A stretch of DNA of 64,000 nt from positions 384,001 to 448,000 of the forward strand of contig CAXXTB010000002.1 in the NCBI GenBank assembly GCA_963676795.2, in the 5' to 3' direction. The number at the start of each line of letters is the position of its first letter. The first letter of the stretch is position 1. Below, in pieces: positions 29,381 to 38,276 of the stretch. A program made the position numbers and the translations under genes. The notes under the pieces are model-generated. The model saw nothing but the letters and a program-made list of their open reading frames with translations. It made no database searches and was not told the DNA's origin. This DNA is from Geopsychrobacteraceae bacterium (GTDB taxonomy: Bacteria; Desulfobacterota; Desulfuromonadia; Desulfuromonadales; Geopsychrobacteraceae).

Positions 29381-29821
29381 ATGGATGAACAGCCCAAGCA
29401 CGTCGTTGTTGTCAGTTGCCTGATTCGCAATCCCCAGGGGCAGGTTCTGCTGGTCAAACATCGCAGCCGGGGCTGGGAGCTGCCCCAGGGGCGCGTCGAG
29501 GAAGGGGAAGGGCTGATCTTCGCCTTAAGTCGGGAAGTCCTCGAGGAGACGGGGGTGACCATCAGTCATTCTCAGCTCGAAGTTGTCTGGTCCAAGGTTT
29601 CCAATCCTGCCGCGATTATTTTCTGCTTTTCGGCCAGGTACGCCAGTGGTGAACTCTGTCCGAGCGATGAAACCCCCGAGGTTGAGTGGTGTGCAGAGCC
29701 GGAGGTTCTGTCCCGCGTTCAGCACCCGGTCAACCGCGATCGCCTCCAGTCCCTGTTCAATAGCTCCTCCGGAATTCGCTTTCACAGCTACGCCACCGGT
29801 CCTTACCGGATGCTCAGTTGA
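29381..29821 (+). CDS. NUDIX hydrolase
   Basis: Nudix box GRVEEGEGLIFALSREVLEETG. Confidence 0.9.
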   Translation: MDEQPKHVVVVSCLIRNPQGQVLLVKHRSRGWELPQGRVEEGEGLIFALSREVLEETGVTISHSQLEVVWSKVSNPAAIIFCFSARYASGELCPSDETPEVEWCAEPEVLSRVQHPVNRDRLQSLFNSSSGIRFHSYATGPYRMLS

Positions 29822-30059
29822 CAGATAAGCCGTTTGATTCAATCTAAACCACGTATTTTCTCAGGCTGACCTTTCCGCTGTATGTCCCCTCTTTGCCGTC
29901 TTAACGCTGTTTTAAAAAAACAGTCATAAAATCAACAAGCTAACTTTTTGTTGCCCCCCTTCCTTCCTGTCCAAAAAATTGTGTATTATTGACTTCTATG
30001 GTCATCTTCTCATGTGAAGGTGGCAGCATCGTCCACCGTTCTTGGAAGGAGTTGACGGC

Positions 30060-32744
30060 ATGTCCAATCCGAACGACATCAAGTCGAATATGCAGCTTCA
30101 GGAAATAGAAGACAGGGAGTGGCGTGAGTCGCTCGACTATGTTCTGCAGGAACATGGGCCGGAGCGGATGAAGGAGATTCTGCGCCAGTTGCAGATCCGT
30201 GCCCAGGAACAGGGGGTGAGTATCCCCTTTACCGCCAATACCCCCTATATCAATAGCATTCCGACCGGTCAGCAGCCGGTCTATCCGGGCAATCGCGAGA
30301 TCGAGCGGCGCATCAAGTCGATCATCCGCTGGAACGCCATGGCCATGGTCGTGCGGGCCAACCGCGAATCGGCCGGAATCGGCGGCCATATCTCCAGTTT
30401 TGCATCGGTTGCGACCCTCTGGGAGGTCGGCTTCAATCACTTCTGGCGCGGCCGCACCGACGATTTCATTGGGGATATGGTCTATTTCCAGGGACACGCC
30501 TCACCGGGGGTTTACTCACGCGCCTTTCTGGAAGGGCGCTTAAGCGAGAAGGATCTGGAAAATTTTCGCCGTGAGCTGAGTGAAGGCGGGGGGCTTTCCT
30601 CCTATCCGCACCCCTTTCTGATGCGTGATTTCTGGGAATTTCCAACCGTTTCCATGGGTCTGACGGCGATCAGCGCGATCTACCAGGCGCGTTTCAATCA
30701 TTATCTGGCCGATCGCGGTCTGCGCAAGCCGAGCGGCCGCAAGGTCTGGGCGCTGCTCGGCGACGGCGAAATGGATGAGCCGGAATCGCTCGGCGCGATC
30801 AGCCTGGCCGCCCGTGAGAAGCTCGACAATCTGATCTTTGTTATCAACTGCAACCTGCAACGGCTCGATGGCCCGGTGCGCGGCAACGGCAAGATCATCC
30901 AGGAGCTCGAGGCCAATTTCCGCGGTGCCGGCTGGAATGTTATCAAGGTCATCTGGAGCAGTGACTGGGATCCGCTTCTTGAGGCGGACAAAAGCGGCAA
31001 GCTGATCAAGCGCATGGAGGAGATCCTCGATGGCGAGATGCAGCGCTATACGGCGATGAACGGAGCCCGGATCCGTACGGAGTTTTTCGGCAAGTACCCT
31101 GAGTTGCTTGAACTGGTCAAGGGCTACTCGGACGAGCAGCTCGGTCAGCTCAAGCGCGGCGGTCACGACCCGGTCAAGGTCTACGCGGCCTACAAGGCGG
31201 CGGTCGAGCATAAAGGAGCGCCGACCGTTATTCTGGCCCAGACCATCAAGGGCTACGGGCTCGGCGAGGCGGGGGAAGGGAAGAATATTACCCACTCGCA
31301 GAAGAAGCTCAATGAAGATGAACTGAAAGAGTTCCGCACCAGGTTCAATATTCCGGTCAGTGATGCCGAGATCGCCTCTGCCCCCTTCTACAAACCGGCC
31401 CAGGACAGTCCGGAGATGACCTACCTGATGGAGCGGCGCTCACAGCTTGGCGGTTTCCTGCCGAGCCGTTTTGACGGCAGCAAGCCGATGGCCTGTATGA
31501 CCGACTGGCTGGTTGAAGAATATCTGGGCGGGTCTGGAGAGCGCGAGCTGGCAACGACCATGGCCTATGTTCATCTGCTCGCCAGACTGCTCAAGGACGA
31601 AGAGGTCGGCAAGTTGATCGTGCCGATTGTTCCCGATGAAGCGCGCACCTTCGGCATGGAGTCGCTGTTCCGCCAGGCCGGTATCTACAGCCACGTCGGC
31701 CAGCTCTATGAGCCGGTCGACAAGGGGAGTCTGCTCTTCTACAACGAAACGAAGAGCGGCGCGATTCTTGAGGAAGGGTTAAGTGAAGCCGGTTCCATGG
31801 CCAGCTTTATCGCTGCAGGGACCTCCTATTCGGCGAACCATGTCCAGACGATACCGTTCTACACCTTCTATTCGATGTTCGGTTTCCAGCGGGTCGGCGA
31901 CCAGATCTGGCAGGCCTGCGACAGCCGTGCCCGCGGCTTCCTGGTCGGTGCTACCGCCGGACGGACCACCCTTGCCGGTGAGGGGTTGCAGCATCAGGAC
32001 GGTCACAGTCATGTCCTGGCCCTTTCCTCGACGCGGATCAAGGCCTACGATCCGGCCTTCGCCTTTGAGCTGGCGCTGATCGTTCAGGACGGGCTGCGGC
32101 GCATGTACTGTCACCAGGAAGACCTGATCTACTACCTGACCGTGGGGAACGAAACCTACCGGATGCCGCCGATGCCGGATGAGCCGGGCGTCAGGGAAGG
32201 GGTGCTCAAAGGGATGTACCGCTTCAAACGGGCCGCCGGTGAAGAAAAGCCCAGGGCCCACCTGCTTGGCAGCGGCTCTATCCTCAACGAAGTGCTCAAG
32301 GCTCAGGAAATCCTGGCCCGCGATTACTCCGTGGCCGCCGATGTCTGGAGCGTGACCAGCTACAAGGAACTCTATCAGGACGCGGTGGAGACAGAGCGCT
32401 GGAATCTCCTCCACCCACAGGACGCGGCGAAGACTTCCTACCTGCAGGATCTGCTGGCGAATGAAGAGGGGATCTTCGTTGCCGCGTCGGACTACATGAA
32501 GGTTCTGCCGGCACTGATCGCCAAGTGGTTGCCCGGGCCGATCCATTGCCTTGGCACCGATGGCTTCGGACGCAGTGAAAGCCGTGAGCGGTTGCGTGAC
32601 TTCTTTGAGGTTGATGCGCGCCATATCGTCTTGGCGACCCTGGTGGAACTGGCCAAAAAAGGGGATGTCGACACCAAACTGGTCTCAAAGGCTATGGCCG
32701 ATCTGAAGATCAAGCCTGACAAACTCAACCCCTATCACGATTGA
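30060..32744 (+). CDS. aceE: Pyruvate dehydrogenase E1, homodimeric type
   Basis: GGHISSFAS, FQGHASPG, GDGEMDEPES, GEGLQHQDG. Confidence 0.97.
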   Translation: MSNPNDIKSNMQLQEIEDREWRESLDYVLQEHGPERMKEILRQLQIRAQEQGVSIPFTANTPYINSIPTGQQPVYPGNREIERRIKSIIRWNAMAMVVRANRESAGIGGHISSFASVATLWEVGFNHFWRGRTDDFIGDMVYFQGHASPGVYSRAFLEGRLSEKDLENFRRELSEGGGLSSYPHPFLMRDFWEFPTVSMGLTAISAIYQARFNHYLADRGLRKPSGRKVWALLGDGEMDEPESLGAISLAAREKLDNLIFVINCNLQRLDGPVRGNGKIIQELEANFRGAGWNVIKVIWSSDWDPLLEADKSGKLIKRMEEILDGEMQRYTAMNGARIRTEFFGKYPELLELVKGYSDEQLGQLKRGGHDPVKVYAAYKAAVEHKGAPTVILAQTIKGYGLGEAGEGKNITHSQKKLNEDELKEFRTRFNIPVSDAEIASAPFYKPAQDSPEMTYLMERRSQLGGFLPSRFDGSKPMACMTDWLVEEYLGGSGERELATTMAYVHLLARLLKDEEVGKLIVPIVPDEARTFGMESLFRQAGIYSHVGQLYEPVDKGSLLFYNETKSGAILEEGLSEAGSMASFIAAGTSYSANHVQTIPFYTFYSMFGFQRVGDQIWQACDSRARGFLVGATAGRTTLAGEGLQHQDGHSHVLALSSTRIKAYDPAFAFELALIVQDGLRRMYCHQEDLIYYLTVGNETYRMPPMPDEPGVREGVLKGMYRFKRAAGEEKPRAHLLGSGSILNEVLKAQEILARDYSVAADVWSVTSYKELYQDAVETERWNLLHPQDAAKTSYLQDLLANEEGIFVAASDYMKVLPALIAKWLPGPIHCLGTDGFGRSESRERLRDFFEVDARHIVLATLVELAKKGDVDTKLVSKAMADLKIKPDKLNPYHD

Positions 32745-32753
32745 GGATAGCTT

Positions 32754-34091
32754 ATGTCTCTGGAAGTTGTTGTTCCTGAAGTTTCTGATGGCGTGAAATC
32801 GGGTACCGTCATTTCCGTCGCTGTCGCTGTGGGTGATAGTGTTGAAGAGGATCAGACCCTCCTTGAACTTGAAACCGACAAGGCGGTAGTGGCTATTCCC
32901 TCTCCGGCCGCCGGCAAGGTTCTGGAAATCCGCGTTGCTGAAGGCGATACCGCCAAGGTCGGGTCGGTCATCGCCGTGCTCGAGGCCGCCGGGGCATCCG
33001 CCGCTGGTGAAAAGCCGGCGGCCGCAGCTGCGTCAGAGCCTGCCCCTGACGCAGCTGCCGAGCCAGAACGAGCAGAACCGGCCGAGCCTGTAACGACCCC
33101 GGTTGCTGCCGCTCCGGCAGCACTGTCTGCACCACTCGATCTGACCCGGATCCGGCGTGACAACCAGGTCGCACCGGCTGCCCCCGTGGTCAGGCGTATC
33201 GCCCGTGATCTGGGTGTCGATATCTATCAGGTGCAGGGGAGCGGGCCGGGCGGCCGGATCAGTGAGCAGGACGTGCGCAGTTTTGTCCGTGAAACCATGA
33301 CACGACTGAGAGGGGGGCAGCCGCAGGTTGCCGCATCCGAGTTCCGTGGCCTGCATGCCCAGCGCCCCTTGCCCGATTTTTCCCGCTGGGGTGAGGTTGA
33401 GCGTGAGACGCTGAGCCGGGTCCGCGAGATCACCGCTGACGCCATGGCATACGCCTGGTCAACAGTGCCGATGGTCACCCAGTATGACCGGGTCGATGTC
33501 GGAGCGCTGCAGCGTTTCCGCCAGCAGTACAACGCCAAGGCCGCCAAAGAGGACAAGTTGACCATGACGGCGATTCTGCTCAAGGTCTGTGCTGCCGCCC
33601 TGCAGCTCTTTCCGCAGTTCAACAGTAGCCTGGATATGGCCGCCAAAGAGCTGGTACTGAAGAAATATGTCCACATCGGCGTGGCGGTCGATACCCCGAA
33701 CGGTCTGCTGGTTCCGGTTCTGCGCGATGTCGACCGGAAGGGGATTGCGACCCTGGCAACCGAGCTCAATGAGGTCGCGGTCAGGACCCGCGAGCGCAGG
33801 ATCTCCCCGGCCGATCTGGAAGGAGGCTGTTTCACCATCAGTAACTTAGGCGGCATCGGTGGCACCTCTTTTACGCCGATTGTCTATGCCCCGCAGGTCG
33901 CGATTCTCGGTGTCTCGCGCTCGGAGACCGTGGCCTGCTGGGATGATGCACACAAGCAGTTTCTCCCCAAAGATGAGATGCCGCTCAGCCTGACCTACGA
34001 TCACCGGGTCATCGACGGGGCAGACGGAGCGCGCTTCTTGCGCTGGATCTGTGAAGCACTGGAAAATCCGCTGAATCTGGTTATGAAATGA
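32754..34091 (+). CDS. aceF: Dihydrolipoamide acetyltransferase E2 with one lipoyl domain
   Basis: LETDKA lipoyl site, Ala/Pro linker, GSGPGGRI binding domain, DHRVIDGA. Confidence 0.95.
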   Translation: MSLEVVVPEVSDGVKSGTVISVAVAVGDSVEEDQTLLELETDKAVVAIPSPAAGKVLEIRVAEGDTAKVGSVIAVLEAAGASAAGEKPAAAAASEPAPDAAAEPERAEPAEPVTTPVAAAPAALSAPLDLTRIRRDNQVAPAAPVVRRIARDLGVDIYQVQGSGPGGRISEQDVRSFVRETMTRLRGGQPQVAASEFRGLHAQRPLPDFSRWGEVERETLSRVREITADAMAYAWSTVPMVTQYDRVDVGALQRFRQQYNAKAAKEDKLTMTAILLKVCAAALQLFPQFNSSLDMAAKELVLKKYVHIGVAVDTPNGLLVPVLRDVDRKGIATLATELNEVAVRTRERRISPADLEGGCFTISNLGGIGGTSFTPIVYAPQVAILGVSRSETVACWDDAHKQFLPKDEMPLSLTYDHRVIDGADGARFLRWICEALENPLNLVMK

Positions 34092-34103
34092 TGGGAGAGA
34101 ATT

Positions 34104-35831
34104 ATGGCTATTGATGTTGTTGTTCCGGAAGTTTCTGACGGTGTAAAGTCAGGAACCGTCATTTCTGTTGCCGTTGCCATTGGTGATCTGGTCGAGGAGG
34201 ACCAGACCCTGCTGGAACTGGAGACGGATAAAGCGGTGGTCGCCATTCCTTCGCCGCAGGCCGGCAAGGTGGTCGAGATCCTTGTCGCTGAAGGAGATAC
34301 GGCCAAGATCGGTGCGGTTATTGCCCGGCTTGAGGGGGTGGCCGGCGCTACCACTGCCCCAGAGGTTTCGCAGCAAGTCGCGGCTGAAGAGGCAGAACCG
34401 GGAGTGGCGAAAACTGAGCCCGTTGCAGCCGCTCCAATCGATGCCAGTCAGTATGATAGCGAAATGGTCGTCATCGGCGCCGGCCCCGGGGGGTACGCGG
34501 CAGCCTTTAAGGCGGCTGAGCTGGGTATGAAGGTGACCCTGGTCGATCCGGAAGCGAACCCGGGCGGCGTCTGTCTGCATCGCGGCTGTATCCCGTCGAA
34601 GGCTCTGCTGCATGTCTCCAAGCTGGTCAACGAAGCGGAGGAATCGGCCGAAATCGGTGTCACATTCGCCACGCCGCAGATCGATGTCGACCGCGTCCGC
34701 GCCTGGAAGAATGAAGTCATCGGCAAGCTGACCTCAGGCTTGGGCGGCAAGGTTCAGAAGATGAAGGTCGATTACATACGCGGTCTGGCCAAATTCAAGG
34801 ATAATCACACCCTGTGCGTTTCCTCCGTCGATGGTGAAGAGCGGGAGCTGAGCTTTGCCCAGGCGATCATCGCCACCGGTTCGCGCCCCAACATGATCCC
34901 GGGCTTATCGGTCAGTGAAAAGATCATCGATTCGACCGGTGCTCTGGAGCTTGCCGACGTCCCGGCTAAACTTCTGGTCATCGGCGGCGGTTACATCGGC
35001 CTGGAACTCGGCAGTGCCTACGCCGGCATGGGGAGCGAGGTCACGGTTGTCGAGATGACCGACGGCCTGCTGCCCGGCTGTGACCGGGATCTGGTCTCAG
35101 TGCTCAAGCGCAGGCTCGACAAGAAGTTTGCCGATATTCTGACCAAAACCAAGGTCGCAAAACTGGATGAAACGAATGACGGGGTTGATGTCACTTTCGA
35201 AGATGCCAAGGGGGGGCAGACGATCAGGCAGTTTGACAAGGTGCTGATTTCCATCGGCAGGCGACCCAATACGGAAAACATCGGCCTGGAAAATACCCGG
35301 GTCGAGGTCAACAAGCGCGGTTTTGTCGTGGTTGACGGTCAGCAGCGCACCGCTGAAAGCCATATCTTCGCCATCGGCGATATTGCTGGTGACCCGATGC
35401 TCGCCCACAAGGCTTACGGCGAAGCCAATGTCGCGGCCGAAGTTGCCGCCGGACGCAAGGCGGTTTTTGAGCCGCGGGCGATCCCGGCCGTGGTCTTCAC
35501 CGATCCGGAAGTCGCCTGGTGCGGTCTGACGGAAACCCAGGCGCGCGAGCAGAAGATCAAGGTCAAGACGGCCAAGATGCCCTGGCGCGGTAACGGCCGG
35601 ACCCTGACCCTGGGGCGTGAAGACGGCATGACCAAACTGATCGTCGATCCGGAAACCGATCGCCTGCTCGGGGCGGCGGTTGCCGGTCCCGGTGCCGGTG
35701 AGCTGATCGCCGAACTGGTCGTTGCCATGGAGATGGCCGCCGTCTCGGAAGACCTGCGTCATTCCATCCATCCGCATCCGACCCTCTCCGAAACCATCTA
35801 CGAAGCGGCTGAGATGCTGTTTAAGCCTTGA
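34104..35831 (+). CDS. lpdA: Dihydrolipoamide dehydrogenase E3 with N-terminal lipoyl domain
   Basis: LETDKA, GAGPGG, GGVCLHRGCIPSK, HPHPTLSE. Confidence 0.96.
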   Translation: MAIDVVVPEVSDGVKSGTVISVAVAIGDLVEEDQTLLELETDKAVVAIPSPQAGKVVEILVAEGDTAKIGAVIARLEGVAGATTAPEVSQQVAAEEAEPGVAKTEPVAAAPIDASQYDSEMVVIGAGPGGYAAAFKAAELGMKVTLVDPEANPGGVCLHRGCIPSKALLHVSKLVNEAEESAEIGVTFATPQIDVDRVRAWKNEVIGKLTSGLGGKVQKMKVDYIRGLAKFKDNHTLCVSSVDGEERELSFAQAIIATGSRPNMIPGLSVSEKIIDSTGALELADVPAKLLVIGGGYIGLELGSAYAGMGSEVTVVEMTDGLLPGCDRDLVSVLKRRLDKKFADILTKTKVAKLDETNDGVDVTFEDAKGGQTIRQFDKVLISIGRRPNTENIGLENTRVEVNKRGFVVVDGQQRTAESHIFAIGDIAGDPMLAHKAYGEANVAAEVAAGRKAVFEPRAIPAVVFTDPEVAWCGLTETQAREQKIKVKTAKMPWRGNGRTLTLGREDGMTKLIVDPETDRLLGAAVAGPGAGELIAELVVAMEMAAVSEDLRHSIHPHPTLSETIYEAAEMLFKP

Positions 35832-35979
35832 GCTGACAGACTCTGTTTCTCCTTTAGCCATAATTCGGTTCTGCCCGTTTGAGGAGCCTGCTCCTCATCG
35901 GGCGCCTTCCGTTGTGCTGGTGTGAACCGTTACTGGATGGCATGAGCGGCTTACGCCATTGTTTTCAAAGAGTTTCCTT

Positions 35980-37920
35980 GATAGCGCCGGCACAAGCCGG
36001 CATGGATTAGGAGGTGAAAGTCCTCTACGTGGTAAAGGCTAGCGACCAGCCATGACCCCGAGTCATGCGTCGGCAGCCCGTAAGGGTTGCGGCGAAGCGT
36101 TGACAGGGGGCGTGCAGGCCAGGCTATTGAGCTCCGAAATCATCCAATCCGGGTTGCCGACCTTGTAAGGAAATGGGGAAGGCCGCACGGTACGTCGCGA
36201 CATCGCAAGTGACGATACCGGACCCGCGGAGTCAGAGACCCAGGGCATGTACGCAAGATCCATGCGCGGAAGCCGGGAGATCCGGGAATCAACCGACCAC
36301 GATCCGATGGTCGGTTCGGTCGGGAAAGGCACAAGGCCGAACGCCCGACATGCACGAGCCCCGGAAGTCGGACGAAGGAATAGTATCGATGAAGCGGACG
36401 AACAAAGGAAGACAACCAGAAGCATCAGGTGAACGACCGGCGGAGTTCGTGGAGAAAAGTCCTTCGGCCAAGGGAAATCCCGTTCAGACGACCGTGACCG
36501 AAACACAGGGTTCGGAAGCAGCGACGAATGGACTGGACCGGATACGAGAAGCAGCGAAGCGGGACAAGACCCGGCGATTCACCAATCTGCTGCACCATAT
36601 TACTGAAGATCTGCTCGACGCTGCCTACCACAAGCTCAACCCCAAGGCCGCTGAGGGCATAGACGAAGTGACATGGCAGGAGTACGGCGAAGGGCTGCAA
36701 GAGCGCCTGACCGTACTTCGTGATCAAATCCATAGGGGAAGCTATCGCACCAAGCCGAGTAGACGGATTTGGATACCGAAACGGGACGGGAAGAATCGTC
36801 CCATCGGGATAGCCGCCCTGGAAGACAAGATCGTCCAGCAAGCACTGGCAGAAATCCTCCAACCGATCTACGAAGAGGATTTTCTCGGTTTCAGTTACGG
36901 GGCACGCCCCGGACGAAGTCAACACAACGCCCTGGATGCCATCTATGTTGCGATCATGCGGCGCAAGGTGAACTGGGTTCTGGATGCGGATCTTCAAGGG
37001 TTCTACGACAGTCTCAATCACGACTGGTTGATGAAGTTTGTGGAGCATCGCATCGCCGACAAAAGAGTTCTCCGGCTAATCCGCAAATTTCTGCGAGCCG
37101 GAGTCTCCGAAGACGGCAAGTGGTCCAAAACAGAGGTGGGGACACCTCAGGGAGCAGTCATCTCGCCACTGTTGGCGAATATATATCTGCACTATGTTCT
37201 GGACCTGTGGGTGAATCAATGGCGGAAACGCCAGGCACACGGCGAAGTCTACATCGTACGATACTGCGACGACTTCGTTATGGGATTCCAATACCTATCC
37301 CACGCACGGATGTTTCAGATCGAACTCAGACAGCGATTGGCTGAGTTTGGGTTGACGTTACATCCGGAGAAAACCCGACTCATCGAATTTGGTCGTTTTG
37401 CCGCCAAAAGCCGCAAGGATCGAGGCAAGGGCAAACCAGAAACCTTCGATTTTCTCGGATTTACTCACATGTGTGGGAGGAGACGAAAAGACGGAAAGTT
37501 CATAGTGCAACGCAAAACCATCAGGACGCGGCTACGCGATAAGATCAAAGACGTTCGTACCGTCCTGAAGCGCAAGCGACATCGTCCGATGGCAGAACAG
37601 GGCAGCTGGTTGCGCTGGGTCATCCAGGGCCACTTCAATTACTACGGAGTTCCTGGCAACCACAGAGTACTGAATACGTTTCGTCAACAGATCATACGTG
37701 CCTGGTTGCAGGCACTACGCAGCCGCAGCCAGAGAGGACGCAGTTTAACGTGGCGGCGTATGCGGGTCTGGATAGATCGATGGATACCCCGGGCAAGAGT
37801 GTGTCACCCATACCCGAATCAACGCCTCTGCGTCTGACCTGAGGCAGGAGCCCGGTGCGGTAATTCCGCACGCCGGGATCTGTGCGGGGGGCGCCGGGTA
37901 ACCGGCGTTCCTACCGTAAC
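35980..37920 (+). mobile_element. Group II intron (IIB-like bacterial lineage, no endonuclease domain)
   Basis: Domain I features (GGTGAAAGTCC; Id3 hairpin GCCGACCTTGT-AAGGAA-ATGGGGAAGGC); domain V GAGCCCGGTGCGGTAATTCCGCACGCCGGGATCTG; domain VI ending CCTACCGTAAC; 5' boundary inferred from EBS1/IBS1 pairing. Confidence 0.92.
36494..37837 (+). CDS. ltrA: Group II intron reverse transcriptase/maturase (ORF open from 36173; true start probably in domain IV)
   Basis: IPKRDGKNRPIGI, FLGFSYGARPGR, GTPQGAVISPLLANIYLH, RYCDDFV, FDFLGFTH, maturase X domain. Confidence 0.95.
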   Translation: MTETQGSEAATNGLDRIREAAKRDKTRRFTNLLHHITEDLLDAAYHKLNPKAAEGIDEVTWQEYGEGLQERLTVLRDQIHRGSYRTKPSRRIWIPKRDGKNRPIGIAALEDKIVQQALAEILQPIYEEDFLGFSYGARPGRSQHNALDAIYVAIMRRKVNWVLDADLQGFYDSLNHDWLMKFVEHRIADKRVLRLIRKFLRAGVSEDGKWSKTEVGTPQGAVISPLLANIYLHYVLDLWVNQWRKRQAHGEVYIVRYCDDFVMGFQYLSHARMFQIELRQRLAEFGLTLHPEKTRLIEFGRFAAKSRKDRGKGKPETFDFLGFTHMCGRRRKDGKFIVQRKTIRTRLRDKIKDVRTVLKRKRHRPMAEQGSWLRWVIQGHFNYYGVPGNHRVLNTFRQQIIRAWLQALRSRSQRGRSLTWRRMRVWIDRWIPRARVCHPYPNQRLCV

Positions 37921-38017
37921 TGCACTCTTTTCTTTGCGACCAAAGAAAAGGGTGTCGCTTGCCGGCGCGAGAACCGGCGGTTCTGATTCTCATGTCTGGT
38001 TATGGTGTTTTTTAAGA

Positions 38018-38195
38018 TCAAAACCACGGGGTCGCGGCCCCGTACGCCGCCTGACTTTTTGGCCAGAGCCCCAAAAAGTCAGCAAAAATGGCTCTTTAAT
38101 ATGTCGTTTTCCTGCTTTCATTTCTGCGTAGGTTCACACCAGCTACTGACAGCGCGCCCTACGATGAGCTTCGCTCCTCTAATGGGCAGAACCGA
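38018..38195 (-). repeat. Structured intergenic repeat copy 2 (intact, inverted)
   Basis: Homologous to copy 1; hairpin CTGACTTTTTGG/CCAAAAAGTCAG at 38051-38082. Confidence 0.7.
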
Positions 38196-38240
38196 TGATG
38201 AAAACCAGTTGAGACAATCCCGTTGGGGGAATCTGGGGCG

Positions 38241-38272
38241 AACAGGGCTGACGCTGATGCGCCAGCCCTATT
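38241..38272 (-). terminator. Hairpin immediately after the MCP stop codon
   Basis: AGGGCTGACGC-TGAT-GCGCCAGCCCT stem. Confidence 0.55.
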
Positions 38273-38276
38273 GTTG

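Larger units (their letters stand above)
35865..37986 (+). repeat. Structured intergenic repeat copy 1, split by the group II intron (parts 35865-35979 and 37921-37986)
   Basis: Aligns with the reverse complement of 38018-38195 (TCGGTTCTGCCC, GAGGAGC, GCTGGTGTGAACC, AAAGAG, hairpin, GGTTYTGA). Confidence 0.7.

Noticed and set aside
36173..37837. RT as a retron, DGR or defence-associated RT
   Set aside because: It has clear intron domains I, V and VI and a maturase domain; no msr/msd, template repeat or partner gene was seen.
37995..38003. TCTGGTTAT matching the first 9 bp of the IS1595 end
   Set aside because: The match is too short, with no partner end or target duplication.
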